Below are positions 49,309 through 63,745 of a stretch of DNA of 64,000 nucleotides, piece by piece. The stretch lies in the NCBI GenBank assembly GCA_000934665.2, contig KZ538114.1, positions 1 to 64,000 of the forward strand, in the 5' to 3' direction. The translations under genes were made by a program, and so were the position numbers. The notes under the pieces were generated by a model. The model made no database searches and was not told the origin of the DNA. It was given only the letters and a program-made list of their open reading frames with translations. Numbering within the stretch: the stretch's first letter is position 1; each line of letters begins with the position of its first letter. The DNA is from Catajapyx aquilonaris. Taxonomy: Eukaryota.

Positions 49309-52300
49309 ATGTCCTTCGAGGGTGGGGACACCCGAAATGCCAAACTGGTCAGAAACGGCCGCACTTCTGGGAGCGGAAACCGAGGGCGTAGTTCCAGCCA
49401 TGGTCGGATTTGTCCAGGAGTTTTGGCAGCAGCAGCTGACATCTCTCTTGTCGATCCAGTCCAGGTAAAGTTGCTGGAGTGTCGTTGTCTGGACAATTAA
49501 TAACAGCAGGTAACTCAGACCCATCAGGTAGTGAGCACCCCTGGAAGCGGCGGTGGCGACTTTTGGCGCCGAGTGTCCCAAACCTTGTCGTACATCGACG
49601 TGAGCGCCAGAAGTTCCGTCAGCCAGAGTCCCCAGCAGCAACAGCAGCAATATATGCAGCGAAGTAGCTTCTCTTGGAACGTGAATGAGGACCAGGAGGA
49701 CCTGGATCTGGACTCGATATCGTCCAGACACAGCGACCTCCTTCTGCCCTCTCATGGCCTCACTCTGGGCCTGGCCCTTGCACCAAACGGCCTCTTCGGA
49801 AGGCCATCTTCGTCCTCCCTCGCCTCTTTTCACAGGTCAGTATATACCATCAGTGGATGGTTAACTTTGTATAATTCGTGTTCCTATCCAGCCAGCAGCA
49901 TGGAGTGTTCGGGGGCGTGGGCAGCCTTAGCAGCAGCCGGCCATTGTCCGACGCTTCCTCTCTCCACAGGCCCCTTTCTGTCCTGGACAGTCCAGTCACA
50001 GCTCAGGACAGTGTGGTTGAGACCGACGGCCTTCGAGCCGCCAAGACCAAAATACATAAAAGGCTCAGTTTTGGGGACATCCTTGACACTCAGGTATGTC
50101 TATAAGCCATGCAAACAAGTACGGGACTTGTTAATGACCATCTGTTGTCTTCAGACCAACATTTATACTCCGGAAGAAGAGGACGTTCCTCAAGTGCCTT
50201 CTTTGCTCCTGGAGGGCTCCTCCATGCGCAGGGGATACCACCACAAAAAGCGGAAGAAGAAGTCGGCTTCTCAATCGTTCATCTCCCAATGTTCAGCTCG
50301 GATGGACAAGGACCTCCGATACTACTTCCAGCACCCTTGGGCACGGCTCTTCATCACCTACTTTGTCATCTTCTGCAACTTTCTCATCTTCGCGGAAGAC
50401 CCTGTGTCTCACAGCCGTACAGGTAACACCTCATTGTTACATTGTTGTGATGCTTTAAATCCTCGAACAATGCAGCTTTATCATTACGGCTAAAATTGGA
50501 TTATTGTGACGTGTTACTCATTAAACTAGGTCAGTCCGCATAACATTCCATGGGCCTAAATATAAAACTGCAGACTTCTCACTTTCGCCTCACACGTGTT
50601 CACCTATTGATCTTGAAGCATTTCGCTCAGAAAATAATTTCCGTCACGCGAGACCCAATTGGGCTCCTCACGAAACAGCCCTGCAACCAGTGCTTTTCAA
50701 GTCCTTTTTGTGAACCAAAGAAAACACACGGCCGTCAAACTGTCCATTTTTTTGTACAGTTTTCACCCGCTCCAAAAAGTTGTGTCCAAAAAGCTATTCT
50801 TGTAACACACTGTTTTCCGGCAGAAACTAAACAAAGCAACCTAAAGTAGGACAGAGAGAATCGGGCTTTATAAATGGTTCCCATGCTGGTAATAATAGAG
50901 CTAATTTTGTGGGAGTGCAGTGTAACTGTGTCAATGTATACAGTACATAATACAAAAGGCCGATTGCAGTACTCGTGCATGGAAGGAATAATTTATTTAA
51001 ATTTTGCTGACATTAATACTTATTAATCGCAAATAATCCACTTGGATTCATCCAGAGTAATTATGCAGTAATTACCCAAATCAGTACATGGTTGTATCAG
51101 CACATACGTATTAAGGCTGAGAAAATTGATATTGCAGATAAAATGAAGATGCGACCATTATTAATGCACTTAATAAATTACTCGAAGACGTTTGCAGTGT
51201 GGGCTCGAACCTTGTTATATCACGACCTAAGTTTTTTTCCTGGATGCCAGAGACGCTGCTTGAGAAGCTACGCAAACAAAATTATACGGAACGGAAACAT
51301 GAAAGAGACGATTAAGCTAAATCTTCAAGCAACCCCTAAGTAAACGGAATGAATGAAGCTCTCATTTTCAAGCGCAAATGACAAGCCCAGTCTCAGTAAT
51401 GAAATTGCGGAAAGTAAAGCCCGGAGCTTCTTTTTTTGGCACATTTCCTAGCAAATCGTTACAACAACAAAAAAAAATGCAGTTTCTTCAAAATCCGGCT
51501 TATTTGCAGAATCCAACATACCAGTGGTGGGCAACGTCTTCAGTTTCGTCTTGACCAAGTATCCCCCAGAGTGGTATTGGTCTTTTGTCAAGGTAATATG
51601 TCCACTTTATAGCAATTTTAGTTAGTAAATACACTCTTGAACCAAAAATTAAATTTTAAACCCGAAATAAACGGTGGTACTTCGCCCCTGCGTGTTACGC
51701 TTCCCGTTGTACCATTGAGGCTCATGGTTTGCCGTCAGTCCAGGATGACATATTACAAGTTTATTTTAGCAAGTTTGATACGTGCCATTACGACATTAAG
51801 GTTGCTACTTGAAAAGAAATATTCTTTAGAGCGACAGTACGACGCGAGCGATAAATTTTGTGACATGAAAGAGAAATGAGATAAAAAAAAAAGACGCCTC
51901 GAAATTGATGGAAAAGAGGCGGAGCGACAACAGCACAAAATGGCAGGATGGATAGATACACATAGATGGAAGTGCTTTTTTTCCTCTTCCTGCTTTTAGG
52001 AGCACTCCTGAGAGGAAATGAAGGCCGCCCACTTCCATTCAAATCCAGTCAAGTGTATAAGAAAATAAATGCAATAGAGACAAAACATGATGGCGATTCT
52101 TTTGGGTCATAAGTGGGCGGACTTTCCGAATGAAAGGTGTGGAGGACAATCTCCGGCTGGTCTCCCCGCAAAAGCCAGTGGTGATTAGTATGCAAATGAG
52201 CTCTATCCTGGGCTCCACCAGGGCTATTAATTCCTCCAATTGCCTCTTCGCCACGTGTTGCGTCCCCATCGCGTCAACATGTCATGCGCTCCCATAATCA

Positions 52301-55300
52301 TATTCAAAAGGTGTAATCCGATCAGCAGGCGGGGAGCTGCTTATTACACTTAATACAGAAAGAAACTGTATAGAGATAACTATATTTACAAGTTTTAGCA
52401 CTCTCAGTAGTCTGAAAGTATGTATAGCCCGGACATATATGAGATTTCGGTCCCGAACAGTTCGCAGCCGGCTTATTGTTAGGACGTGTTTTATCTCAAT
52501 CCACTTCCACTAAATGCGCTCATTGCACTGTACTGTACAGCACACGCGACCTTTGTGCCGAGAATCTGTCCATTGAAATGCAATTAAGCTCCAGACTCCA
52601 GCTCGTAAAGACCCTGATTTTTGTCCGGGACTTCCGATGACGTCCGTCCGTCTTGACCTACTTTTTGCTGTCCCCACAACCCAAAAAAGTAACAAAGAAG
52701 ACTGCAGGGCGTCCTTAGATCCCTGTTAAAAGCAGCCTGCTGAATAACGCTAATGGTTCCCCCCCCACATGGGTAACAAATCTAATTTGGTGGTGAATCG
52801 AAGCTCATATCCGGCCGGAGCAGTCCTTCAATCATCAGAGTGAGGCAAGCAATTTCCTCTCGTTCCAGGTAACGATGTGGCTGTTGGCCATCCTATGCGG
52901 AATGGTCCTAGGAAAGTTGCTCATACATGGGCTATTCTTCGGGAAAGTCCTTCGAGTCAAAATGTTCCGCGACGAACAGGTCAGCACATGTCTTTTCATT
53001 GCATCTAATACTGTCAATTGGGGTGAGATTGTGCCAGCGCATTTTATGAACAGTGCGCCATACTGGCAGCAATTTAGGCATGTTATACTATATTTGAGGG
53101 ATGTTCAAGGTTGGAAATGACGAGTAATATTCGCGGTAGGGCGCACTGTGGGGGCGGGCTTGCGTTTCTCCCATGACCCCAAGAGCTATGCCGGCGGCAG
53201 GGCCACCCAATCCGAACAGGTATTTTGGGATAGGAGACCAGAAATATTTTCTCTTCGTTTCTCTCTCCATCTGTCCCATAGCCAGATAGCCATAGTTGCT
53301 TTGGCTCATTCGGTGTTGTCCCAAAAAATTATCTGGCACAATCTCACCCCAATTGAAGGTTGTTTAATTTCAACATATGGGGTCTGACCATTCTTCTTGT
53401 AGGGGTCATGGATGACCATGTTCCTGACCGTGATTGTGGCGCTGTTCCTGTTCTCCCATGCGTACAACATGCTTCTGGCCATCTGGTACGACAAGCACTG
53501 CATATACAAGATCACGAGTGCGATGGGAGTCACCAACGCAAGGTACACATGCGATGCAATATTAATGCCACTACCATGCAGGCAGGGCCTCGATTACTGA
53601 AAGATTCATCCTGCTCCATAAATGTCCGAGTGGCCCGGCAATCATTTGTTGATGACTTTACGTAATGATTTGTGAGCCGTGACCGTTAGATAAGTGTGTC
53701 GAAGAAGTGGGGGGTTTAGACAGGCGGGTGGCAGTAATCGATGGGTACGGGGCACTGGGTCGAGACTGCAAAAGCTGCTGCTGCCTATACTACTCAAATG
53801 CAATTTCTTTTGCCTTTGACGTCACGTCCCTGACCCCGTTTTCTGAAGCTCACACCTCCATTTCAAACAGCCACACCCTTCACACCCTCATCAAATTGCT
53901 CGCTGAGGGGAGCTCAATGCCGGAGAGATTTGTTGGGGATGCCAATAAGAGCTGCCCTGTATGATGACATTTCCATTCTTGTCTTGTCGATAGTCGCAAC
54001 ATGTAGGTATGCAGTCGGAAGCAAAAAGATGTACTGGACATACTGACGCTTCACATATTTTTGCTGCCAACTGTGCAAGTACGTGTAGTGTCGGTGTTGC
54101 CTCTGACTTGTTGGAACAGAAGCTTCTTTGAGTTATGTAAAAGGCAGTTGTAGGTAGTACTGTATTTACACCGCATCTACCGTATTTAGCGTCTCTAAGC
54201 ACACCTACAGTACACTACAGTACCGTATTTTGATGTGTTGAGGAGCCATCAAATCCACCACAATCCACTGTGTCTCTAATCCGATTGATTTCCCAAGCGT
54301 GATGAAAGCCGCTGCATGCGGAACCTGGCTTGGGGACCTCATAACCGCCCTGATGGTGACTGACATGATGCTTCAGGACAACCTCTACCCCAGCTGGGCA
54401 TCCGGATTCAGGAAGCTGTGGCGGCAGTCAAATGTTCCTCGAATACTCATCTTCTGGGTTGGGTAAGCCACTCCATCAGTTGTATCCTTCAACAGAAACT
54501 CTTGATTTACATGTTAACATAGGACACACTAATGTCACATTGTTGAAAATGCGTACTTATGTGTAACTCCTGCAGGTCGGTGGTGGCCACTGCGGTGGTT
54601 GTTACGCTGATTGTGAGTGATTGGATATCATGGGATCGGCTCAACAAGGATTTTGTTGCCACCACAGGTTAGTGTGGAGAGCCCTTGACGTGGGAGGCAA
54701 TTAGTCACTAATGGGGAGTCTGTTGCAGAGCTGTCGAGGGCCTTTCTGGCATCCTTCGTGCTGGTGATGGACCTGTTGATTGTGATGCAGGATTGGGATT
54801 TCCCGCACTTCACCACCACCATGCATGTCAACCTGCCTGGATTCAGCGTTGCCACCTTGCAGTGGAACTATGCAGAGCTGCAAGTCTCTGGGAAGTGGTT
54901 CAATTACGGAATCATCTTTCTGGTCATGATCCTGGACCTCAACATGTGGAAAAACCAGATCTTTTATGATCCCATCAGCTACGGACAATACACAGGTTGT
55001 TAGCCTGTTGTTCATTCATTTTATTACCCAGTAGTTGGATTCACAAATACTTCTGTACGTGAAAGATGCCTTGCACAATTTGGTTGATGATGCCTTTGTT
55101 GCTATCAACAATGTGTGCCATGCGTGATATATAGGCATAATGTTGTGCCACATTTGCAGGTCCTGATGATAAGGTCTGGACTGTGATGACTGATTCTTCA
55201 GAGTTTATGGGTAATGACACATACTGGACTTGGGAAGCAAGATATCAGATCAATCCCAACACATCAGCTCTATATCTTGACGGTTTGAACCATTTATAAT

Positions 55301-57526
55301 AATTCTGTTGCATTATTTGTGGTACTTGCATTAAATCTAAGGTGACAAATGGTTTCATCACAGATGACATGAAGATGAACTCTCGGTACATGGGATACCC
55401 ACTGTCAGTCAAGTGGACAGCATTCATTCCCAATGTGCTTGGATTTGTCCTGTTCTTCGCTCTCGTCTCCAGATATGGACGGTTCCCACCCTCCAAGGTA
55501 CGGCCACGACCACATCGTCCTCCCTGCCCCACCACGGTATCTATCACTCTATACTTCCTCAACTACAGCTACATAGGGCATATGCAACTGTTTCATTGGC
55601 GCTTGTATGATTACATATCTGTAGTGTGGCGCATGATGAACATTCCTTCATTCATAGATGACGTAGCCTAAGAGTAAGAACATGAGCAGTCCTTTTAAAA
55701 TATGCAGTAACGCGGATGAAATTTTTCCGGAATGCACAATCCTCCTAGAGGGATATGGTAATTGCACTAAAAATGCGAAGGCAATAGGAATGTGATTCAC
55801 CAAGTAATAATTCTCTAGCAAAAGGCAACCTGTGTTTCAGCACTTCTGTACGAGGTGCTCAGTAACTATTGTAAGATAAAGAGAAATCCTGGTATTTTCA
55901 GAATCGAAGCTTAATTACAGCCATCAAGTTTTGATGTTAGCACTGGAAGTATAGGTAATATATCCCATACAGCATACCAATTATCTCTTGATTCGAAAAC
56001 AATGTTGTCTTTTGAACTCCCATTTAAAAATGAGGAAGTATTAACCCCCCCCCTGCATATGGCACTTTCAANCCCCCCCCCCCCTGCATATGGCACTTTC
56101 AACAAAACCCTGTGTAGGGGAGACTGGGGCCATTTTAAAAATACAAGAAACCGGAATGACGTCTTCATCTGGTACCTCATGAAACAGGTCACTATTGTCA
56201 GCGCTGGATTTCCCATTAGGCACAGTAGGCACTTCGCTAGGGGTGGTCGCGAGTTGCAATAAATATATTTTTTCAAATACAATAATAAATAAAGGCGAGA
56301 TCACTAAACCAACATTTTTGAGCCCTTGATTTGCAGCTATAACACTGTACAATAAATGCTACAAGCGTTTCATACTTTTGCACTGGAAGTCTGGATGGAA
56401 ATTAACATTACCGGTACTGTAACAATCATGAAAGGAATTGTAAGCATGAAATACATAGATATAAAATCATTAGTCCCATGACTTGCAATTTCCCATAATG
56501 ATTAGTTTGTGTTAACTCAACCTGACTTCCCGTGCAAACTTGTAAAAGAGTGAAAACCAACCCTGTACTATTGGGTTCAATTAGTTCCAGCCACTTTATC
56601 CTGCTCTAGCAAGCAACCCTTCACACACACCTCCTCATCGTGGGGCCTGTGTGAAGGGTTGCTTCAAGACCAGGATAAAGTGGCAGGAATTAATAGAACC
56701 CGATAGTACATGTTGTACAGTCCAGTCTTGTTCTCAAACAGAAGCAATACATCAAATAAGGCCCAATCACTTTATTAGTTAAAAAATAACAACAGATCTT
56801 TGACCTGTGAAAAACAATCAAACTATCACCAACTTGGTTGTTACACTACGAGATCACACATAACACAAGTTTGTTGTGAATTCTCTTCTTTTAATATGTT
56901 CAATGGTTGTAAGCTCTACAGCTTTGGTTTATATGTATATTTTAAAAACTGTTGTCTGCAGGATTGTTTCTTATGAAGAATGAGATCTGTAATCAGGCAG
57001 CAAAGCTACCACATGTGCTCTTAGGCAATTAATTCTTAAGCAATTGCAGTATTCTATGCGCATCAAGCATAAAATTAACAGCAGTGCTATTTTGGTCGAA
57101 TGCAATAGGACCTTTTGCTCCTGTATATGCAGCATTGCTTCTCCAGCTGCTACATTTTTGACTAAGAATGCTCCTGGAATGATATTCAATAATACTATTA
57201 CACACTACATAGGGCATGGTCTCCATTAGAGAACTACTATAGTTAAATGAACAAGTGGTACTTGCTCTGGTGTACTATGTGGTTATGGCTGTCATTTACA
57301 GGATAGTCGCCTGCGAAAAAGGGATGGGAGACGCAGCTCGTGGCGCAGGGAAAGGGGCCCACAGGGAGAGGCATGCGATTGCACCATCAAGCCAGAGGCA
57401 AATGCTACGGCTGTACCACCTACTGGAAACGCACTGGCTGCAATGAGCAATGTGCCCTCATCACCTGCCTCATTCAAGAAGGTGACCAACTTCCCCCTGC
57501 AGCCTAAGGATGACGATGCTTTGTGA
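49309..57526 (+). CDS. TMEM117: Transmembrane protein 117, ~757 aa including ~270-aa N-terminal extension
   Basis: Exons 49309-49464, 49528-49835, 49892-50093, 50155-50422, 51510-51592, 52869-52979, 53403-53542, 54298-54462, 54576-54667, 54729-54995, 55160-55282, 55364-55497, 57302-57526; frame-consistent. Motifs RYYFQHPWARL, FAEDPVSHS, GSWMTMF, GTWLGD..VTDMMLQD, MQDWDFPHF, GKWFNYG..LDLNMWKNQIFY. First three exons and last exon less certain. Confidence 0.93.
56564..56710. repeat. Long imperfect inverted repeat (MITE-like foldback) in the last TMEM117 intron
   Basis: ~65-bp arms (TGTACTATTGGGTTC..AAGCAACCCTTCACACA and its complement) around a ~20-nt loop; TA at both ends. Confidence 0.85.
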
Positions 57527-59158
57527 CCCAGGCCACCTCGACTGCACCATTGCTGCAGCCAACCAAGCCCAAGAAGTCCTTCAGGGTAACACAACCCCAT
57601 GTCCACCTTCCCAAACTCAGATGCAATTTTTTGACCAGGATGCAAGTTAATATGCAGATGTCTGTCTCCCAATGTTATCAGGGTGACACTTCTTTTCATG
57701 CACAGAAAACAACATTTCCATTTTTTAAATACCTAGCAGGGTTACAGAGACCAAAGAGGAAATGTGGATAGCGTGAAAATGACACATATTGTTTCATGCG
57801 CATTTTAAATCTGCCCTCTGATTAGTCAGAATGGGCAGAAACCCAGTGTACATGGAATTATCAATGGTTCATGTGTGTATATACTTGTGTGATGCAAAAT
57901 GCTGAACTTGTTTGCATATTTTTTGAGGGTGAATAAATCAACTCCATTGGCATCCATTACCAAAATCTGAACACCTACATCGCCGCACCTGCACAAGCTA
58001 TAATCTGATCAATGTATTCGGTGCATGTGAAGCTGTTAACCAATGGATCAAAGTGTAACCCGGTCACTGATCAGTAACGTTTATTCGCCCCAGGTTCCTT
58101 TTCGTTTTTGTACAGTTTCCACCAGGTAAAGAAAGAGACAGAGAGTGAATATTTTTGAGCTTCACTTCTTCCCATGCAAACATGTTTAAAAAAAAAATGA
58201 AAGCACTACATGTGTATGTGATGACCTAAAAGAAAAGATCTCGCATATTTTGTTAATGTTAAGTGTACATACTGTATAGGCTATAAAAAGGAACTGTTTA
58301 CTATGTGCTTGCCTTACGGAGGACCCATGTGTGCAAGTGTATGTATGCAAAATACCTACACTTATCGGTGGGGGAGCTGGACCAGGCATTTCTTTTGGGT
58401 GGGCTGAGGAGAAAAGCAAAATAAAACTGCCACTTTTTTGCATAGTTACATGTAATAACACCAGGCATTACACTCCTGTCAAAAATCAATGATAATAATT
58501 TAAAATGCATGTCCAAAGTTATGTACCGTACCAGAAAAAATAATCACAGCTGAAATACGCTACTTGAGCTACATGTGGCAATATATGGCACATTTATGTT
58601 TGGCAGTCATTGTACTCTGTGTGAACGGTGACTTCCTCTCCTCTGCTTTAAAGAGACACAGCAAAATTAAAAATGAACCCCCCCCCNCCCCCCCCCCCAA
58701 TGAACCCCCCAAAAAATTCCCAAAATTAAATCACACCAACAACATTTTAAAAAAAACATTAGCTTTTGCACTTTTCATAAGCCTGGAACTAGTGAGAACA
58801 GCAGCCCCTCTTGAAAACAATGCTATTTCTCCATCCTACAATAATCATGCACTGCAACAAACTAGAATGAAACTGGTACAACAATGTAAAAATTTTAAAA
58901 TGCCTTTTTTTTGGGTCCGAATAAAAAAACATGTACCCATCTGCATCCGAAACAGTTTTTTTTATAAATACGTAAAAATTCTGCGTTCAGAGAAACCCTT
59001 GTCTGAGACTAAATGCTCCAGTCTACTTTCATGATTCAAAAAATCTTGTCATATTGAACTACATGTTTGCCCTCATGATGAACACACTTGAAACAACCTA
59101 GCTTCTCAAGCTTAAAAAATTCAACAAAACCTACAAATGAATAAATATCCCGGTGACC

Positions 59159-62100
59159 TCACTTGGCCTTTGGTGCGAAATTCTCCTTCCCTGATGTCCC
59201 ACCTGCTGCGCTATGGTGGCGAGGCCTCTGCTGGCCCCTCTTAGCCGATCCGTTTGCACCACCAGGAGTGCAGGGTGGCCCCAGAGGCACGGGTGGGGCC
59301 AACTGCATCCCAACACTCTGCAGCTGGCAATGGAGGAATGAGTTCTGTGCCTCCAGCTCTCTGATACGTTCCTGCATCTCCACCCGCTCGTTCTTCAGGT
59401 CCACCACGTGCCGTATTTTCTGGCGCAGGTTCTGGTGGCCCAGAACTTCAGCCAATCTCTGGGAGAGGCTAGCAATCTCTTCCTTCATGTTCAGATTTTG
59501 CTGGGATACTGCCTGAAAACAGGCATCCGCTTCTTTGGCTTGTCTTATTGCCTCTTGGACACGGTTTCTGGCTGCGCCCATCTCAGTGGTCATCTCTGAG
59601 GCGCGGTCTTCTGCCTTTGAGGCTTGCAGGCGGAGATCCAGATGTTGCAGACGAAGCTCCTTGTTCTCCTTAATTACAGATTCAAGTTGGGCACGAAGCT
59701 CAGCCACATGCTGTCCTTTCTGCTGCTCCATGTCAGACTGAAGGCTCTCCAGTTTGGAACTTAGGTGGCTGTTCTCATGCTGTAAGAGGCGGTTCTCAGC
59801 CTCGAGTTCATTCATCTTGAGTTCCAGGCTAGCACGAAGCTGATCCGCATGTTCTCGGCACTCCTCATGTTCGCCTCTCACAAGTTCAAGGTCTGCCCTA
59901 GCTGCATCTCGTTCACTCTTAAGTACCTTCTCTTTGGAAGTGGCATCATCACGCTCTAGCCTCAGTTTGTCCACCACGTGGTTCAAGTCCTTGCACAACC
60001 CATGCAGTGTCTTATTCTCCTCCTGAAGGTGATCGACCAAGGCAGTGCTCTCCTCAACCTCCTCCTTGAGTGCGTTGCTGTCAAGTTTGACTTGCTCCAG
60101 CTGCAGTGTCAGGTCTTCCACCTCTTGCTGCAACTCCACTCGGGAGGCATCTGTCTCCAAGGAGGTGGCTACCAGTTCCCCATTTTCCTCCTGCAGGCGC
60201 TCCAACTGTGCTTCGCAGCACTCCAGGTTATGGGTTAGGTCCTTGACTTCATTCTGGGTGTTACGCAGTGACTCAGAAGCCTCACGAGCCTCAAACCACG
60301 CATCATCACGCTCTGAGAAAGCCATCTGAATGTCAGATTGCAGGCGATCAGTCATGATCTTCAAATCTGTGACTTCTGCCTCCAAATCCTGTCATGTAAC
60401 ATTACAAAAGAAATGCAATTAGAAATGGCACCTTCAAAAAGAAAAAGAAAAAAAAGGGGGCAACTTAAAAAACTACCTGGGAATGGATTGTGGTGTTATT
60501 ATATTGAGCTTGCAACTGGCACACAACTTCCTCCTTCTGGGTGAGAGCCTGCTGCAACTCTTGCTTCTCCTGCAGGGCATGTTCCAACTGATGTGCAGCC
60601 TTTCTCAGTTCCTCCAGCTCAACTTGCTGGCTTTGACCCTTCTGCTCTGAGATACTGAGGTTGATAGTCATGAGGTTGATGTCAGCCTGCAGTGCTTCAA
60701 GTCGCTCCTGCAGCAAGGCCCGCTCCTCCTTCAGCGTACTCACGGAATCCTCCAGCTTGAAGATGCAGCTCTGTAGCAGGTCACTCTCTGTGACGAGGGT
60801 AGCCTCCCTGGCAAGCCCTTTCTCTACCTGCTCCTTCAGTTCCGCCTCATTCGTCTGCAACTCCCAGATTCGTTCTGCTTGCTCTGTCAGGGTGTCCTGT
60901 GTCCGCTGTACCATTGTGCTCAAGTTTGCATTTTGCGTGCGGAGGTCTTCCACCTGGGCCAACAGCTCTTTCTCTTTCACCTGCAACATAAGGATTAATT
61001 TCATTGTGGTGTCCTATAACCATAAAATGAATCAAACACTTGACTAATAATAAAACAAAGGTACAGGTTATGGGCAGGCAAATGTGACATGCTTCAGGAC
61101 TGACTCTTGCTGGCTAATTTAAAAAGTGCACACAAACCACCCTTTATTACGGTACTGTACAACCAGAAAACCAGCATAGCCTGCGAAGTCACTTGAAAGC
61201 ATTGGCTGCAGGAACTGTATTACTATCAGCAGGTGAATAACTCACCTCAACCTTTGAGTTGATCTCTATTACAGCAGCCTTGATCTTGTCCATGGAATGG
61301 TCAGTTATCGACTTAAGGTTGAGGACGTCAGTAGTGAGTACTTTTGAGGCAGCTTTTACTTCTCTTTGTTTTCCAAGAAGATTTTGGAGACGGCCCTTTT
61401 CACAAACAAACATCTCCTCCACCTGGCTCCTCTGCTCTTGCAGGCTCTCAACCTCCAGTCTCAAGCTGTACACCTGGTGGGACAACTCCCTGTTGATGTC
61501 CCGAAGACGAGCCAATTCTTCACTTGGGTCACTCTTGCGCCTCTGAAGATAACACGCACGGATCAGAAAACTAGCTAGATTATTCATTAGATAGGAACTC
61601 CAGCTTCTTACAAGGTGACAAGTAATGCAAAACTTAGCCAATCTGCATAATGTCCCAAAGCCTTACATTACAAATAATAATAATTATTATTATTACTATT
61701 ATTACTATTAATAATTTATTATTATTATTACTACTACTACTACACCCACACCCACACACTATGTCGACTATGACAATGCACAACATTTTTTGGGCGCATT
61801 GTATGTTTTTGCTGATTTGTTCCATTTTAAATGGTAGGTTTGGTATTGATCTGAGTTTAATTATACTAAAGAGCAAACTGGAGCATTACTTACCAACATC
61901 TAGTTAACTGCAGGCAAAGCATGAAAGATTGTAAGAATTTATGGCACGGAAGACGATATGCGGATATGGTAACAATCCTTAAGTCTATTTTCCAAAGATG
62001 CTGCAATACCTGCTACTTATCAAAGCATTCCTTACCAGTAGGAGTAACTGATATGTGCCATTACTGACCCTGGCTTATTTATCCTAAATCAAAAAATTTC

Positions 62101-63686
62101 CCCCTTGAGCATTGGTCATTTTTTTCATGCATTTTTGGTCATCATTCTTTCAGCTACACAAGACAAGCTGATATGGGCTACAACCACCAGCAAAGCCTCC
62201 CATCCAAATTAATCATGCTATGCATGCAAGCAAATGATGCTTTAAATGATTCAAAAGTACAATACTAACATTTAGAGCACCAGCTCCATTCAGCTCGATG
62301 AAAGATCCGTCAAGCACATTTAGAGCCGGAGAAGACTCAACCAAACCTCGGGATGATGAAGGCTGCAAGGTAATGATTACAATGCAAGTAAACAGAAGGA
62401 TGTAGTATCACGACTGAAATAAAATCTTTCAAGCAAATGACAACTGACGGTGTTAAATCCAGCTGGTCCTCGGAAACGATCTTGAGAAGGGGTGTACACT
62501 GGACCCGGGGTCTTGAATTTAGGCTCCACGAAGCGCTGAGACTTGATGAAGGTCGCTGGACCAGCGCTGCCACCAGGTAGCTTAGGATCGTAAGCACCAG
62601 GTGCTGGGGTGCTTTCTGCAAACCCACCAAAATTTTGTTGAAATTTAAAGTGATGTATTCATAAATACATATCTTGCACTAATTGGGCGGAGGAAAGGGT
62701 GTCAAGATAAACGACATGGCGTGAAACCACCACAAATCTAGTCTAAATGCAATACATAATTAGGCAATGTAATTGCAGGGTGACCTGCAACAACGTCTCA
62801 AGTACAAAAATAGCAACTTTTCAGAAGACAGTTTTATTTGTTCCATCTGCATAACATGTGAAGGATGTAAAAAACATGTGTAAGTAATCATTTAAGGCTG
62901 CCACTCCTTTCGTGGTAATAACAGTGGTTCTGATGATGAGGCTAACAGGGCAGAAAATAGCAAAGTTAGTCCAGAGCAATAACGTTTGAGGTCCACCACA
63001 CAAAGCTGTGCAACAAAGTTGGTTATATACCACTCTTTAAATTTAAAAAACAAAAGTTTACGAATTGACACTGTCCCTGTAGAACCGCTGCATGTATTCA
63101 GGTAAGTAGTAGGTTGTGAAAAAACGACTTTGGACGATGACATGGACAAAGCTAGTATGGGAGGCAGGCAGGAGGCACATCCAACCTTGTTGCAGAACAA
63201 CCCTAAAGCAGTCCCAAAACAACGCTTCCACTTCCATCTAGCAAGTGAAACTGCGCAGAATGGCACACCGAACTAAACACAATAGGAAAATAAAAAAACG
63301 AGGCAGATGGGACTTTAAACCTTGTTGCAGGTCACCCTTCTCTTCTCACAAACAATTCACCAAATTACAGGTAGTCCTTGGTTTAGAAATGAACCGCCTT
63401 ATGGCGATCCATACTTCCGAACAGTTAGCATATAATTATCCCTCCATTTTCAATCATTTCTGCGTATGTTGAGCGACACCAAGTTCAACATAAATACAAT
63501 CTAATTTTAAAATAATTGGGAAACTACATTCTTCCATGCACGCAAACGAACACACGCCGTAAGCATTTCATTGGAGCAGCATATGTATACATGCAGCTGT
63601 TCCTCAGGTATCCGAGTTACTTACAAACCCAACTTATGGACATGAACCATTTGTAGACCAGGGGCTACCTGTATTATTTATTATTA

Positions 63687-63745
<59 letters not shown>

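Noticed and set aside
56040..56105. Short direct duplications around poly-C with a single n (also 58670-58710)
   Set aside because: Most likely assembly artefacts at homopolymer contig joins.
61890..62050. Two apparent microexons (12 and 14 nt) with GTAAG donors in an HMMR intron
   Set aside because: The 14-nt one breaks the frame; the 12-nt one has a weak acceptor; flanking exons join in frame without them.
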